Positions 14,190 to 30,179 of a stretch of 64,000 nt of DNA are shown in pieces (the stretch's first letter is position 1; each line of letters starts with the position of its first letter). The DNA lies in NCBI RefSeq assembly GCF_009914755.1, contig NC_060930.1; one strand, written 5' to 3'. Origin of the DNA: the human T2T-CHM13v2.0 reference genome, Homo sapiens. Both the position numbers and the translations under genes were made by a program. Below the pieces are notes generated by a model, which saw nothing but the letters and a program-made list of their open reading frames with translations, searched no databases and was not told the DNA's origin.

Positions 14190-14770
14190 TTTTTTTATTT
14201 TATTTTTAATTGACAAATAATTGTATACATGTATATGGTATAACATAGTGTTTTGATACATGTGTACATTGTGGGATGATCAAATCAGTCTACTTAAAAT
14301 ACCCATCACCTCACATATTTATTATTTGTGGTGAAGACATTTAAAATTCCCTTTGATTTTAGGATGTATTTTAATGGATTGTTTCTTCTTCTTATATCAC
14401 CATGTATTTGTTGTTATTAAAACAAAAATAGAACTCCCACTATATAAATTGTTTTGCTGCTTGTTCTTTTTACTTAACACCATATCTTGGACATTTTTCA
14501 TATCGATGTATATAGAAGTATTATAGCATTACTGCGAGTGCTATAGTATTCCATTGTATTGGATATAGCACTGTTATTTATTTTTTAACTCTTTTCCTAT
14601 TACTGAATATTTAAATAGTTTCTAATTCTTTGCAATGATGAGCCATGCTGAATTAAAAGTTCTTGTATTTATTACTTTGTATACCTGTGCAAATGTTTCT
14701 TTAAGATACATTTCAAGAAGCATATTTGCTGAATCAATGGATATGTACTTTACAAAATATTGCTAGATTT
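14190..14770 (-). mobile_element. L1MA/L1M 3'-end fragments
   Basis: tttttaattgacaaataattgtata...cccatcacctca...; tagtattccattgtattggatata. Confidence 0.7.
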
Positions 14771-15514
14771 TCAGTTTTTTAGTCAGAGTTGGATGGAGGC
14801 CTAGAGATTACACAAATCTAATCTGTCGTTTTGCACCTAAAAAGCTAAAGTCTAGAGAGGTAAAGTGATGTATTAAAGGAAAATAAAGACATGGGCTACA
14901 CATTCCCGATTCTTGACACCCAAGTCCTGTGATCCTTGTGAGATCTTGAAAAATAGGCCTAGAGGCTGTCTTTTTTTTTTCTTCTTTTTATCTCTGTGCC
15001 CATTATTCTTGAGTGCAATTCTTTTCCGTAGGTCTGGAAAAGGCCTCGGGTAGGCTTTAGTCAGTTGAGCAGGTATTTGTGCCAGATCTTTGGACGACTA
15101 ACATCTAATACTTGCCACATGAATGTGCATGCCAAGAGTTGCTATGCTATGGGCCCTTGTCAGAGGCTTGTTGCATTTGAGGTGTAGGAAAGCAGGACTC
15201 CGGCTTTCAGTGCTGCCGGGCTTTGACAGGCTGGGAAGGGAGGAGGGCATTGCAGACGGGGAGCTTTTGTGAGGTGACATATGCTGTGTTTGGAGCATAG
15301 ATTCTTACTCTGGGTTGACTCGGTTCTCTTTCTGGAGTGAGAGGGCAGGGTGGTGTGCAGGATGTTTGGGAACACAAAGCTTGGTCATTAACTTGTGATG
15401 TCTGCATGGATCAGCACCCCCACCTCAGTCTCTTCTACTGAAGTCTCCACTCAGGCCAGATCCTCTTACTTGAAGATGAAGTATACATAGTTGTTAGGAG
15501 ATTGTCCTCTTCAT

Positions 15515-15690
15515 GGTGACACCTTGGATAGGTAACTAGTCTTTCATTGTACTTCAGTTTATTCATCTGTAAAAAGAAGGTAATAATAGTCCCTACCTCA
15601 TGAAGTTGTATGAAAGTTACATGTGTTACTCTGTAGACAGTGCTGAGAACAGTATCTGGGAGATAGAATGTACCCACTACAGTCTGATCA
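15515..15690 (+). mobile_element. MIR
   Basis: cttcagtttattcatctgtaaaa...aataatagtccctacctcat. Confidence 0.8.
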
Positions 15691-16389
15691 TTGTTATCAA
15701 TACTGACTTTTGTGGTAGAGGCCCACACTCCTTCATTTGTGCTTCCTTCACATCCTTTCTCAATACTTGGTCAGAATGATCTTTCTAAGACACAGATGTG
15801 ACAGTGATTGCCTGCTGTGGTGGCTTCCCTGCACCAGCAGGATACAGTCTGGCGGCATGCCATGCTCCGCCTACCCCCACCACCTCACCTTCCCTCAGCC
15901 TTGTGTTTCAGCCCCAGTTAGCTGCCCTTAGTTGCTGATGTATTGTTTCATGCTTCTTAGTCTTCGTTTTTTGTAGTTCCGCCTGTGGTGAAGTACTCTT
16001 CCCACTTCTTTGCCTGTCTCACTGCTCCTCATCCAACTGGACAGACCTCTGGAGCTAACATTCCTGCAGGAAGCCCTCCCATCTCCTCTGTGGTCTCTGG
16101 AGACACTTCTGACTTTATCGTTGCATTTTTATAATTATCTCTGTCCCTCATCAGAGCGAGTTTCTTAAAGCTACACATCTTTTCTTTGCATTCCTGCTGC
16201 TTATTAATAGGGTGGTTGGTGCAGAGCAGACCTTGAATACATATTTGAAGGGCATCTTGGGGGAAGTTTTCAGCCCTTTTGGGGAGTGGATTTAGTAATG
16301 GCTTTGAACCAGACCTGTGAGGGAGAGCTTGAACATGACACCATGAAGAACCGGGCAGTCTATAGTCCTTGTGTGTATGGGTGGCACCA

Positions 16390-16560
16390 TGATGGAGTGG
16401 AAACAGCACTGGCCTGGGTGTCAGCGCTGGGTTCTTGTCCTGGTCCTGTCCAACACTAGCATTGTGACCTTGGGCGGATCACATACTCTCTTGAGCCTCA
16501 GTTTCCTTACCTGAGTGGTGTCAGCAAAGTCCCTCTGTGTGTTGACCCTCTCTGATGCTA
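16390..16560 (+). mobile_element. MIR-family fragment
   Basis: actagcattgtgaccttgggcggatcac...gagcctcagtttcc. Confidence 0.7.
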
Positions 16561-17229
16561 ATTTTATGACTTGATGTCCCAGAGTGAACCTTTGATGAGT
16601 GGTGCTACAGTTGGGCACATACTCTGTGAGGTTGCTTCATGAGGTTTAGTAGAACCACAAATCTAGGCTTAATCATTATAATCAAGGATTTGATAATAAG
16701 GAAAAGCTGTTCCAAACACTTACCCTCCTGTGGTCAGTTGTTGATTCCCAGAACCAATTAAGGAAAAAAGATCAGCAGATTTTCTTTGGTTAAAACACTC
16801 ACTCCCTCACCCCCAACAACCTTTGAACACTGAAGTTTTTCTCTTTTGTCAGTTGCATTTTCCCAGCTTTTCAAAATGAGGCAAAATGGTTGAATTTGGC
16901 TGGGATCTTTTTTGTGTCCTTATTAAATGAACTCAAGCAATTCAGAGGGTGTTGTTTGAAACTTCCCTTTATGTTGATTTTAGTACCTGAGAGATTGTAT
17001 TTTGAGAAACAGTTTGGGGACTGACCATTAGAAATATCTATGGGTCAGTATCAGATTGAGGTGGCTTTGCAAGGAGTAAGTTAGGATCAAAGGCTACAGC
17101 TCTCTAGTCTCCTCCTGAATAGCTGGCTTCTCTGATGGGATGTTGGTGTCAGGCTTCAGAGACATCTTGGTTCAGGAATGGGGACTAGGGATGGGTCTCT
17201 GCCGGATCCTGACAGACCCTCCCTCCTCC

Positions 17230-18360
<1,131 letters not shown>

Positions 18361-18399
18361 CTAGAATTTAGGAGAGGAAACCTGGGTAATTGATAATTA

Positions 18400-18640
18400 T
18401 AATAATGATAGTCAGCATTTTATGAGCAATGTGCCTCAGTCTGCTTTAAGCACTTCCTGTGATTAACTCTTTTAATCCTTACAACCATAGCTATATTTCA
18501 CATAAACTGGTTTATTTTACAGATGAGGATACTGGGACATGGAGAGGGTAAATAACTTGCCAAGCAGCTACTAAGCAGAGTAGCAGAGCTGTGATTTGAA
18601 GTGATGCAGTCTAGCTCCAGATCCAGTGTTCCTTATCATG
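18400..18640 (-). mobile_element. MIR
   Basis: tttaatccttacaac...attttacagatgaggatactgggacatggagagggtaaataacttgcc. Confidence 0.8.
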
Positions 18641-18749
18641 GACCTTCCTGCTTCAAGGTCAGACATGGGGAGACAGTGTTGTCTGCACCAAAAGCCACCT
18701 GATGAGCCATAAGTTGCATCTGTTCTGTGAAGGGGAACAGAGAGACATC

Positions 18750-18822
18750 CATGACCCCTGCACTCAAGCCTGAGTGACAGAGTGAGACCCTGTTTCAAAA
18801 ACAAATAAATGAAAAGAAAAAG
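18750..18822 (+). mobile_element. Short Alu 3' fragment with A-rich tail
   Basis: ctgcactcaagcctgagtgacagagtgagaccctgtttcaaaaa. Confidence 0.8.
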
Positions 18823-20283
18823 AGCACTGAGCTGCAATATCATTTAAGGAAAGGGGTCACTAAATATTAATGAGCTGATTCAAACATAATCTTTCAAAGA
18901 TTAGTGACACCCATTCTTTGGTGCTGGATTTCCTACTTTCAGGATGTAACTTAACAGCTGAATCCTTATATACATACTTAAAGTCAAAGCACATCCGTCT
19001 GGGAAAACAGTAGGAAGCTCTCTGAACAGCAATGAGCATTTGTTTTCTCATAGCAGCACTCCAACTATAAGTCTGCTCATAATTATTCAGCTATTATATA
19101 CTATTTTTTCCTGTTCTCAAAGCATATCAAGTGATTATGAGGAAATCATTAGTCTTGACTGTAAAGGTCAGTATTATAAAGAGGCTCTAATGTGCTTTCT
19201 GGAACTATACATATTTCAGTACTGTTATAAATGGATGCTAATAAAAGTTAAGGGAAAACAAGCATTTTACAATAGATCCATCTTATAACATATTACACTT
19301 ATTCTCATACCTTGATTTTTGATAACTTCATTGCAAAATGGCAGGAGGAGGAAGGGGGCAGTGTTATTTATGCCCCACACCGCTGGTAACTATAGTGATT
19401 CACTGAAATTGCATGGGGACAGGAGCAAAGCGAATCAGATCTCTGTTCTTCAACCCAGTCACCATCCCTCTTTGGTAACTTACTGTTTAAAAGGAAATTT
19501 TGTATAAAGGTGGTTTTGGTAAGGTAAATACAGCAGAAGATATTTACTTGTGTACTTTATTTAGTTTTTAAAAAGTTTATATATTCTAAAATGTTTATTT
19601 CAATTTTCAGATACAGGTACAAGGTAAATCTGGTCCAAGAGAAGCATCAGGTAACTTCTGTGGTTTCAATTCACTGGTAGTTTCCCCTTAGTGGAGGGTT
19701 CAGCCCTAGAGAGACAGAGGAATGTATCTGGAATACTCTGGACTGCAAATAACAAAAATCTCAACCTAAAATGCCTTTAATGAAACAGGTATTTAGTTAT
19801 CTCACACATCAGGAAGCCTGAAGGTAGGGGCAGTGCTGGGCGCTTGTATGACTTCCCCGTGACTTGGTCCTGTGGTGGTACCCTTAGCAGAGAAGAAAGG
19901 GATAGATAGAGTCACAGGCCAGCCCTGGCCACCAGCAAGGCTGACAGTGACAGTGTCTGGCTTTTTTATTTTATTTTAAATTTTGACTCTGTAGCGGGAA
20001 GCAGGTAGGCAAAGAATAGTTGGAAAAAGAGGTTGGGAATGAGTGTGGGGTGGGCACTGTGCAGTGTCTGCTGCAAGAAGGAAGGCAGGAAGGAAGGCAG
20101 GCAGACAGTGAGAGCCTGCCTGATTCTTGCAGACACCCTTCTTTCCCGTCAGGGAGTAGTAGATAAATGTTATGTCTCTCGTTTAACCCTATGTCTTCTG
20201 CCAAAAGCATAAGGACCATCTGCTCAGGAAAAATCTCTAGCAGGAATGATTCTGTTTCAAAGTATTCTTAAAAAAGCTTTTAC

Positions 20284-20606
<323 letters not shown>

Positions 20607-21539
20607 TTATTCTCACTTCTTGTGTGAGAAATTTTGAGAGAACAAAAACATACATAAATAGGGTATAATAAAAATTAAAGTGATCAATACACTTAGTTTC
20701 TAACTTGTTAATTTTCTGTCACTCAGTGATAGGACTAGCTCTCCCAGCCTCTGTGCCTTTCTTGGTGCTGTCCATTCTGCTCAGAATGCTATTCTCCAAT
20801 GTCAGTGCCGCCTTCTCTGTGAAACCCTCCCAGGTCTCCAATCTGTCAACGTCTCTGCTCCCCCAGCCTTTGAGGTTTACTTTTCTAATGAGATTCATCA
20901 GGACAGGACTTAGCTGTGTATCTGTTTGTTTTCTATCAACTTATCATCAGGGACTTACTTATGTGTTTCTACCCCAGGCATTGGGAAATTCAGTGCGTTA
21001 ATCACAGAAATGCTCAAAAAGCGTATTTTTTTCATTAAAAAATATATTTTGTATGGAGTAGTTTAGATACGTAACTCCTCAGATATGTCCACATTCTCAT
21101 TGTGTCTAACCACTCTGTTTTAGTGCCTTGGCATAGTGAGTTATTCTGAGGGCCCAGTGATGACAGGAGCACAGCTTTAGTTTCTGTTTGAGACAGGCGT
21201 CTGTCTCAGGAGGAACTCTGTAGGCTACAGACCACAGCTCTGGCCCCAGCTAGGCATGTTCACATTTGTTTGCTATCCACCTGAGAGGCAGGTGACGATG
21301 GTGGCTGAGTCAGCATGTCCTGCTGGCAGAGGGTCAACAGTAGCACAGAAAGATAATATGTCATTAGTCATGTTGAGAGAAGGACGTTTCCTCTCCCACT
21401 TGTCTATTAGTTGGGGTGTTAATGAGGAGTAAAATGGCCAAAAGGCAGGGAGCTTTCTCTCAAAAGAGAAGGCCTGAGCTGCTCACACACAGGATAGGAA
21501 GGGTTGACTAAAACCTCAGTTGTAACTTTTAAAATACTA

Positions 21540-21770
21540 ATAGCAGCTCTTTATTAGCTGCATACAGTATTCCAGATGTACAGCTAGGCAGTTAAACAGA
21601 TTTTGTCCTGCCCTCACATCAGCCTTATGTGTGAGGATTTTTTTTAAGTCACACTTTACAGATGGGAAAACTAAGGCTGAGCACTTTGCCTGGGGACACT
21701 CAGCTAGGAGAAGCCTGGGCTGGGGTTAAGTCCAGGTCTGCTAGACTACAAAGGCGCAGGCTTTTACATG
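21540..21770 (-). mobile_element. MIR
   Basis: tttacagatgggaaaactaaggct...ccaggtctgctagactacaaag. Confidence 0.7.
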
Positions 21771-21829
21771 CGAGGTACTAATCTGACAGGCCCTGTCGAT
21801 TGGGTGGCACCTTTGAAATCGTCATGCAG

Positions 21830-22335
21830 TGAATGCATATTGATGGCCTGCTGTGTGCCTTAGGCACTGGGGATGCAAAAGTGAGTGCACAGTGCCTGCC
21901 TTGACACCTGAGCAGATCAGGTCGTGGTGAGCCTGTGTTGTGAAGCTAATAGCAAAGTCTTCCTGGAGGTAGAGGGCATTGCATGCACAGGCAGGGGCAC
22001 CCCAGAGCCAAGTGTTGTTGGAAGCATGGGGTTTAAGAAGAAGGTGTCAAGAGATAAGGCCCCATCATGGGCAGCCTTGAATGCCAGGTTAAGGAGTTTG
22101 GCTTCTATTTTGTAGGGAGAGGAGTGTCTTGTTAGACACTGATTTAGAGCGCTCAGCCTAATGGCAGCTTTTGGATGGATTTGAAGGGAACAAGACTGGA
22201 GGAGATAGGGTTAATATTTAGAAAGCAAACCAGGGCAGAATTTAGTGACTGACTGGATTTGAAGCCGAGAGTTTGGTGGTTGGGGGAGTGAAGGATAACA
22301 GTTGAATTATTGGTTTGAGTGACTGGGTACCACCT
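21830..22335 (-). mobile_element. L2 fragment
   Basis: taggcactggggatgcaaaagtga; gccttgaatgccaggttaaggagtttgg. Confidence 0.65.
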
Positions 22336-22353
22336 TCAGAATTTGAAGAAAGA

Positions 22354-22729
<376 letters not shown>

Positions 22730-24999
22730 TCAGGATGAGATAGGGCAGTCTGCTAGGTGAGGGAGGTGGAGGTGGAGCATGGGGTGCCTTGGGGGTAGTG
22801 AGAGAAAGGAATGGGAGGGGGAGCTAATGGGCATTGCTGAGGTTGGCATGAAGTTTTGGTGGTGCCAGGCTTCTGATTTTTTTTTCCTCTAGAGTGCTCA
22901 ACTATACAGGCTTAGAATAGAGAAAGGTGGATTGTGGGTGCTGGTTCTACCTATGGAATAGGGAGTGGCTGGATGAGAGGGTGGGATGGGGCCACTGAGG
23001 ATGCCGATGAAAAGGTACTTGGGATGCTGTACAGAGAGAGAGAAGGGAGTTCCAGAAGGAATGGGTGGGCAGAAAGAAAAATGGAACAGCAGCATAGTGG
23101 ATTGTGGCCATGGGAGAGGTCATGGCCAGATCCAGGATACTGGAGTTGAAGATTCATAAGAGGAAGCAGCTGTGAGTGAGGCCATATTATGGGGTGTGAC
23201 TCAGGAGTGGACTGTGTGGATTGGAGGGGTGTGGTGGTCATTGCCCTTAAGGAAGCCCAGGAGTTGCTATGCTTGCTTGCTGGGTGGATCAGCTCCATGA
23301 GGGACCAAAAAATCAAATACCTGTGGCAGCGCCAAGTGGGCAAATTGTAGGATAGGGTGGGCTAGTTATAGACAAACCTGTGCAAACCAGAGAGTGCATG
23401 CCCCCTCTACAGAGGACAGCTGCCCCTGCCCAACTTTACCAGCTGGAAGGTGGGCCTGCTGTTACTGCCTGGCTCAGTGGTTTTTTTTTTTTTCTTTTTT
23501 TTTCTGGAAATCAGTTTTTACGTGCAGTTTCCTGATTTTTAAGTGTTCAGTAATTAAAAATGGACAATGATTCAACAATTTGGAAAATGCACTGTGAGCT
23601 GTAGGAATCAGGTATACAGGTTGGGTTTGACTCTGCGGGCTGCCTGTTTGCACCCTCTGACCTTTGGACACCTTGACAGGTCCTAGGACTGTGGCAGGGG
23701 GTGAAGTGGGGAGGTGATTTTGAATTGGATTCTATAGTCTTGAAACACCTTGCCTTCTTGGTCATCTCATCTGGCTTGGAGGTTTTAAAGATAAGGAACT
23801 AAGTAAGTAGCTAAATTAGTTTTTCAGTAGCAGCTAATAGGTAATGATGGTAATCTGAAGCCTGTGGCTCAAAGGAACTGCAGATTGTGTTGGAAATTTT
23901 GCTAGCTCCTTCTGAAACCCTTGCATCCTTGCTCCTTTCCTCTATACAGAGTGTCCTTTGGCTCTCATGGTTTGTTTCTTGATTCGTACTTCCTCTTTTG
24001 CTTATTTACAGCATTTTCTTCTCTACTCCCTTTTCTCTTCATTGCTCATTTACTTCTCTAACTCCAACTCATCTTTCATAGGATTCAGCTCAATTTACTT
24101 GGCTAAAGTAATGTGTAGGTCAAATATTTGTGGTATTGATTTATTTAGTAAAATCTTCTATTTTCTTAGTTTTTAAACTCAGTGAATTAACTGAATTGTT
24201 GTTAGATGGTAGTGAAACTTTTTAAAAAAAATTAGCAGATAAAAAGGTGCTTACACATACAAATGCATATTTTGCCCTTAAATTAATCACTCTGTGGGTT
24301 TTACTCAAATTTCAAAACACCATTGAACCTCTTTGGGAATTATCCTCATGCCACCTACACATATCTGTCCATTATTGGTGTTTGCAAATCTTTGTTTCTT
24401 TGAAGGTATTTACCTTTGATGGTTGAGGCAGACTAAGAACTAAGTCTAAACAATAAGAGAAGTGACTATGAAGTACTGACACAGTGTCTATTGTTCTACT
24501 CAGCAGTGAGTCCCCAAGGTTGGTCCAAGCAAGAAGGTGCACAGATGTTTGCATAGTGCAGCCTGGTCGGAGTATGTGCTACCAGCATAGCTTTGAAAAC
24601 CTTGCTTCCAGACATGCTATATTTATTAAGCTAACGTTAAATTTTCTTATTTTCAGACATTTCAGTTAGACCTTTGGTTGGTCTTTAGGGGATAAATGTG
24701 CAATTTCTATTGGCCTTTGAAATACTAAGATAGACTTTGAAACCTGCATTACTGTCTTTCTGGGCCCTTTGAGCTCTGGATATTGTAAATGAGGAAATAT
24801 TAGGGTATGGGCTTCCCTAAGTGATGATTTTAAAGAATGATGTGAATGTGGCTGTGTGGTGGCTGCATAATTGTTGAACAACATGCATGTAAACCAGGCT
24901 CACCGCCGAGCCTCTTGTGTATAAGGAACTAGGCTGTCTTTCTTTGGCTGGTCACTTGTTGCGGGGAGCACAACAGTCGTTTGGACTGATTCTTTATGA

Positions 25000-25177
25000 G
25001 AAGCACCTGGGGAGTTCTTTTAAAAAATACAGATTCTAGAGCCTCATTTCCAGTAATTTCACCCATTATGTTGGGGTGGGGGTGGGGGTCATCAGTGGGA
25101 CCAGGAATCTGTAGTTTTAGCTAGTGCCCCAGGTGACTGATGCTGACGGTCCTGGGGCCACACTATGAGAAACAGTG
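25000..25177. mobile_element. MER5A-type hAT-Charlie MITE
   Basis: cacctggggag...aaaatacagattc...caggaatctg...ccccaggtga.tgatgctg..ggtcc...ccacact.tgagaaacagtg. Confidence 0.75.
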
Positions 25178-27231
25178 GGGCAGTGGGCTTTGGGTTGAAT
25201 GGGCCTAGGTTCATGTCTTATCTCTAGCCTCTAATGGTTATATGATCTAGCAAAGCTACTTGTCATCTCCGAGCCTCATTTTTCTCACCTTTAAGTGAGG
25301 ATGATGGTTCCATCAGGCACGGCATATAGCTCCAGGTCATGAGTTTTCCTTGGGCCTCCTCCTGGGCCATTATTTGAGATTTTCTTTTCTCTTGTTCTCT
25401 TTTCTCCCTCCACTTTAGGGCCTTTTTCTCCACATACTTGCATATGCACACACAGTGAGCGTGTCCTGAGGAACTAGTACCCAAAGCCTGCCTCAGGTCC
25501 AGTCCTCTCCTCTTAGCTTATTGAAACGTGGTGACAGTTGTTTATAATTTTGTCCTGCCAAGGCCCAGAGACTTTCCAGACTGTAAGATTTGGTCTGTTC
25601 ATGTTGAGTCTGTAGGGAATTTAGGGCATTTGTTTTCAGTGGACAAACTTAAGCAAGTTCTCTCTCCTCCTGCGTTCACTTGTGAAGAGTTCACTGTACA
25701 CAGATAGTCATTCCTGTGAAACTTTTTGTTTTGGCCAATATGATCTTGATCTTCCTGGAAGATAGGCAGGCCGGTTTTTAAAAATGTTTTATTTTTGTTT
25801 GTTTTTAATGCTAACACTGAAAAATAATACTTTGGTCTTGGCCCATACTGCTGTCAAAACAAAATGCTTCCTGTATCCAGGATATAAGTAGGTTTAACGA
25901 GTACCCAAGCATGTTGCTGCTTTTAGTTTTCATCTCTGCTTTGTAACTTTTGAAGTGGAATAACTCTGCATTCTTTTCTTGCTAATCACTTAAAATTTTA
26001 ATAGAAAGTTTTACTTTTATAACGTGAGCTCTTTTGGCAAACGCATGAAGGTGTGTCTAATGTAATTCCAGTTTCAGAGGCACTTTTTAAAAAAGTAAAA
26101 GAGGCTTTAATCTTAAATACTTTTGACACTGGGCTATTTATTAGGTATTTTTAGTTTATAAATTATAGTGAGCATGGTACCAAAATTTACATTTTTTTTC
26201 TGTTTCATGTATTTCCTGATTCTTGGCTTGGTAATTATATTCAGGATAATTTAGTCTTGGACTATAAAATAGATGTTGGGTCTATATTCTCTACCTACTA
26301 TACGTTAAAAATTCCGAGTTCATTACGTGACAGAATATATAGGTATATTTTAGGATTAGAATTGAAGCCCTTGGTATCTCTGTCAAAAGCTTCTTGAATC
26401 TCGTATGAAAGAAACATATGGGAAAGAGAAATCACTGAGATGGAAATGCTAAGTGCCAAGTGACTATAGAAATCAGTAAAAAGCCTTTTTATGTTGGTTT
26501 AGAGTTACCCAAATCAAAACAGGGCAATATTTTTAGTTGTTGCCTTTAAATGTAGCTTTCTTACAATCAGAATATATAAATCACAGGTTAAAGTTTCTTA
26601 TTCAAGGTGTTATATATTTTCTAGGATACTTTGTAAACTGAATATTTCTTTCAAAATAACCCCATGGAGGGCAGAGGGAAGGATAAAAAATGTGCATAAC
26701 ACCTCTTCTTTCCTTGTATTTCTGATTCCTCTGCAACTTGTGAATACTTTCGTATATGCCGAACAATCTGAAAGTCGGAACCTCCGCTAAAAATCCAGCT
26801 CTCTTCCCCCTTTAAAACATTTCAACACATTAGCTTCACTTAAGACAAAGAAGATAGCCAAAATTTTAATTAGTGGCTCAATTTATGAGCTAAAAACATT
26901 CATTTCAGCTGATATTTTTGAAAGAGATTTTTGACCCCCAATTATGGACATGATATTGATGCCCTTTTAAGAAACTTTGACAAATGTAGAAATGTTTAAA
27001 GACATAGAAGAAAAGGTCACCCATAATCCCCACCTAAGATTACAGCCCCTAATTTCAATCCGAGACACTTGTCTGATGACCCACTTGCATACCACCTAGC
27101 TGGCTCCCTCATGAGCCCTGGGGCATCCTTCACCCAAGCATCATAGCTGCCATCTGGCACTGTGCATATCTGGCACACAGGTCTTTTTGTCTATGGGATT
27201 CTGAGCTCCTTGAGGGAAGGGACTGTCTTCA

Positions 27232-27732
27232 TTTTTTTCTTATTTAAAAAAATTATATATTGACAGATTATAGTTGTATATATTTGTGGGGTACAAAGTG
27301 ATGTTATGATTTTTTAATATAATGTGAAATGATTAAATCAAGCTAATTAACATGTCACCTCAAATATTTAACATTTTTGTGATGAGAACATTTGAAATGT
27401 TCTATCTTAGTGATATTAAAATGTGCAATACTCAGTTATTAGCTCTATTCACCATGCTGTGCAACTGACCTAAAAAAATCAAACTTATTTCTCCTAACTT
27501 AAACTTTGTACCCTTAAGAATGAATGGGGATTATCTTTGTACCCCCTTAAGAATGGAGATTATCGTTTCCCCATTCTCCTTACCTCCAGCCTCTAGTAAC
27601 CACCATTTTACCCTCTGCTTCTATGAACTGAATTGTTTTAGGTTCCACATACTATAGGCATAATGGGTTAAGACATGTGGTACTTGTCTTTCTGTGTTTT
27701 GTTTATTTTACTTACCATACATAGTGTTCTCC
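27232..27732 (-). mobile_element. L1MA-type 3' end
   Basis: ttgtatatatttgtggggtacaaagtgatgtt...gatgagaacatttgaaat...cagcctctagtaaccaccatt. Confidence 0.85.
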
Positions 27733-28149
27733 TTGCTGCAGATTGCCTCAGTTTTTGTATCCCTAGAATCTAGGGTACTACAGTAATGTAGGTACTAAAA
27801 AAAAATGATCAAGCTACATCCTATGCATTTTAAGTTCATATCATTTAATTGCATAAAGCCAGTGCTATGTGCGCTGTATGATCAGCACTTTTTTTGAAAT
27901 GTCTACAAATATTTTAAAGAGCATTTTATGTTTTGCATGTGTAATGTGTAATATATGGACATGGTAAGACATGAATACAGCACAAAAGGTGCACGTACAA
28001 TGAAAAGTGGGTTTTCTTTACATCCCTTTTCCAGGTCTGTGCTTCCTTTCTAAGGAGAAGGCCACTCTTTTATTACCTTTGCATCTTTCCAGAAATAATC
28101 TATATTAATGCTTGTATACACACAGGCTATCTTTTAAAAAATCTACCTT

Positions 28150-28620
28150 TGGGTTATAGGGCAATGGTAGACATGTGAATGATACGGCTTTTTTGGAAGT
28201 CATTCTGGTCTTATCTATTAAAATTAAAAATCTAGCCTAATAATTCCAGTTCTGGCATTCTGTTTTATAAATAGAAATACCAGTGTATCAAGATAGAAAT
28301 GGAAGGATTTTTATATCAATAGTGCATTTTTTTGTGGTGGCAAAAAAGAAAGGAAAAAGAAAAAGGAAATACAGTGAATGCCTGTCAATGAAATTGTTGA
28401 ATAAATTATGGTACATACATACTATGGCTGTGGTGCAGTCCTTACAGAATTAAATAAAGTTTTATTATTTGTCACAGAGGAACTTTCTTGATAAATTTTT
28501 ATGTAAGAAAAGAAAGGCAGATAAGATTGTATGAGATTCTGTTTTTACAAAACAATGCTAAACTCTGTATGTGACTGGATGTTTATGTATAATGGTATGA
28601 GCATGGAGAAAGATAACAGG
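28150..28620 (+). mobile_element. Old L1M fragment
   Basis: aattccagttctggcatt...tgaataaattatggtacatacatactatgg. Confidence 0.6.
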
Positions 28621-29699
28621 GGAAAGGAGTTAAGTAAAAAATGCTTTCTAAATTAAAATTCTAAAAAATGTGTCCTTGAATCTTTTCCAGAATAGGCATC
28701 AAGGTAATTGAGGTGATTTGCCAAATCTACTTCCTTTTACTTCTAGGAAATGGTGGTGGATACTTAACCTCATTTCATTTCATTTCATAAATGCTTTTAT
28801 TTTTTGGGGTGTGAATTACTCAAGGCAGAGCATAGGAACTCATGTAGAGCAGCTAAATGCTTTAATACAATGAATGCACCTTGGGTTTCAAGTTGTCAGG
28901 GAGGCACTGACCCTCATAAGAGTACAGGACTGTGGGGGTCACAGCACAGTTAACTGCACTGCAGGCTGAGAGACTGGAGAGGCAGTAGCATTGACCCATG
29001 TGGGGGATGATCAGAGCCTGAGTTAAAGCTCTATGGGATCGGAAACTATAAATGCCAAGAGCTGTGGAAGAGAGAGAGGCAATTAAGGGTCAGATGATAA
29101 CTTGAGTGTCTTGTCAGAAAGGTGAATTAAGTGGCAGAATGATGCAATGATGAAGGTTAAAAATAGGCATTTTGGAGAAAGGAAGTTCGGGTATCTTTTC
29201 TGGGTTTACATCCTAACACAGCCCTTTGTTGCCCATCACATTTATCTTATGATCCTTATGATGTATGCTTCTGGCAGGTAGAACTAGGAGGAGGAGGAGG
29301 TAAATGTCATTTAAGGGCCTTGAAAAGTACTTAAAGAAGACATTATGTTCCTACCCTCTTTTCACAGAAGTGACTAAATACTTACTAAGTGAATACATAG
29401 TAAGCCCTGGGGAAACACCTAAATTTCTGTTAGCAGAAACTTAAAATATTTAGTCTTGGAATGAGGAGGTACTTTGTCTGCTTGGACATCTGTAAAGGAG
29501 TAAAAAACCTCCACTTTGTGGACCACAGGATTGTAAAGTCAATTGGGAAGGAAAAGAGCACATTGGAGACTCTATATGTATTTGAAGGATGTGTGCCGCC
29601 ATCCTGTCCATTCATGAACTCACCCTACCCTATTCTATATAAATTCATCTTCAGTTAAATATTTTTTCTAGTTCATTTATTTTGTCTGGTTATGCTACT

Positions 29700-30150
29700 A
29701 CAGAGATACCACATTTCACCAAAGTCCTTAAAATGTGCTACCTCAAATGAGATTTATTAGCCAGGGCAGATAACTGTCACTCCCCTCATCCTGGGCTTAA
29801 TACTTCTATGAATGCAGTCCTAGAGCATGTGAATATATATGTGTACCTATTGGATTCATATTGAGTTTATAGTTCAGTTAGTATGTATAACTCTTGGATT
29901 CACTTTGAGTTTCTAGTTAAATCCATCCCAGCATGTTCATGCATGCTGCCTTTGGGCCAGGTCTCCATGATTCTGTACAGAATGTTAGGGTTTTTGGATT
30001 TAAATGCAAGATTTCACCTTTTTCAGGTCTAAATTTAATCTCATTAGATTAGCACATTAGCTTCATTGCAGCTGCCTTTAAAGAGATCATTTTCCAGTTG
30101 ATTTACATACAACTTACTGGCTAGTTTCAGGAACCCTGAAAATGAAATAA
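29700..30150 (-). mobile_element. L3/CR1 fragment
   Basis: atacttctatgaatgcagtcct...tcatattgagttta...taaatgcaagatttcac...aaatttaatctcattagatt. Confidence 0.5.
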
Positions 30151-30179
30151 ACATGTCCATCCAATGGAAAGAAAATAAA

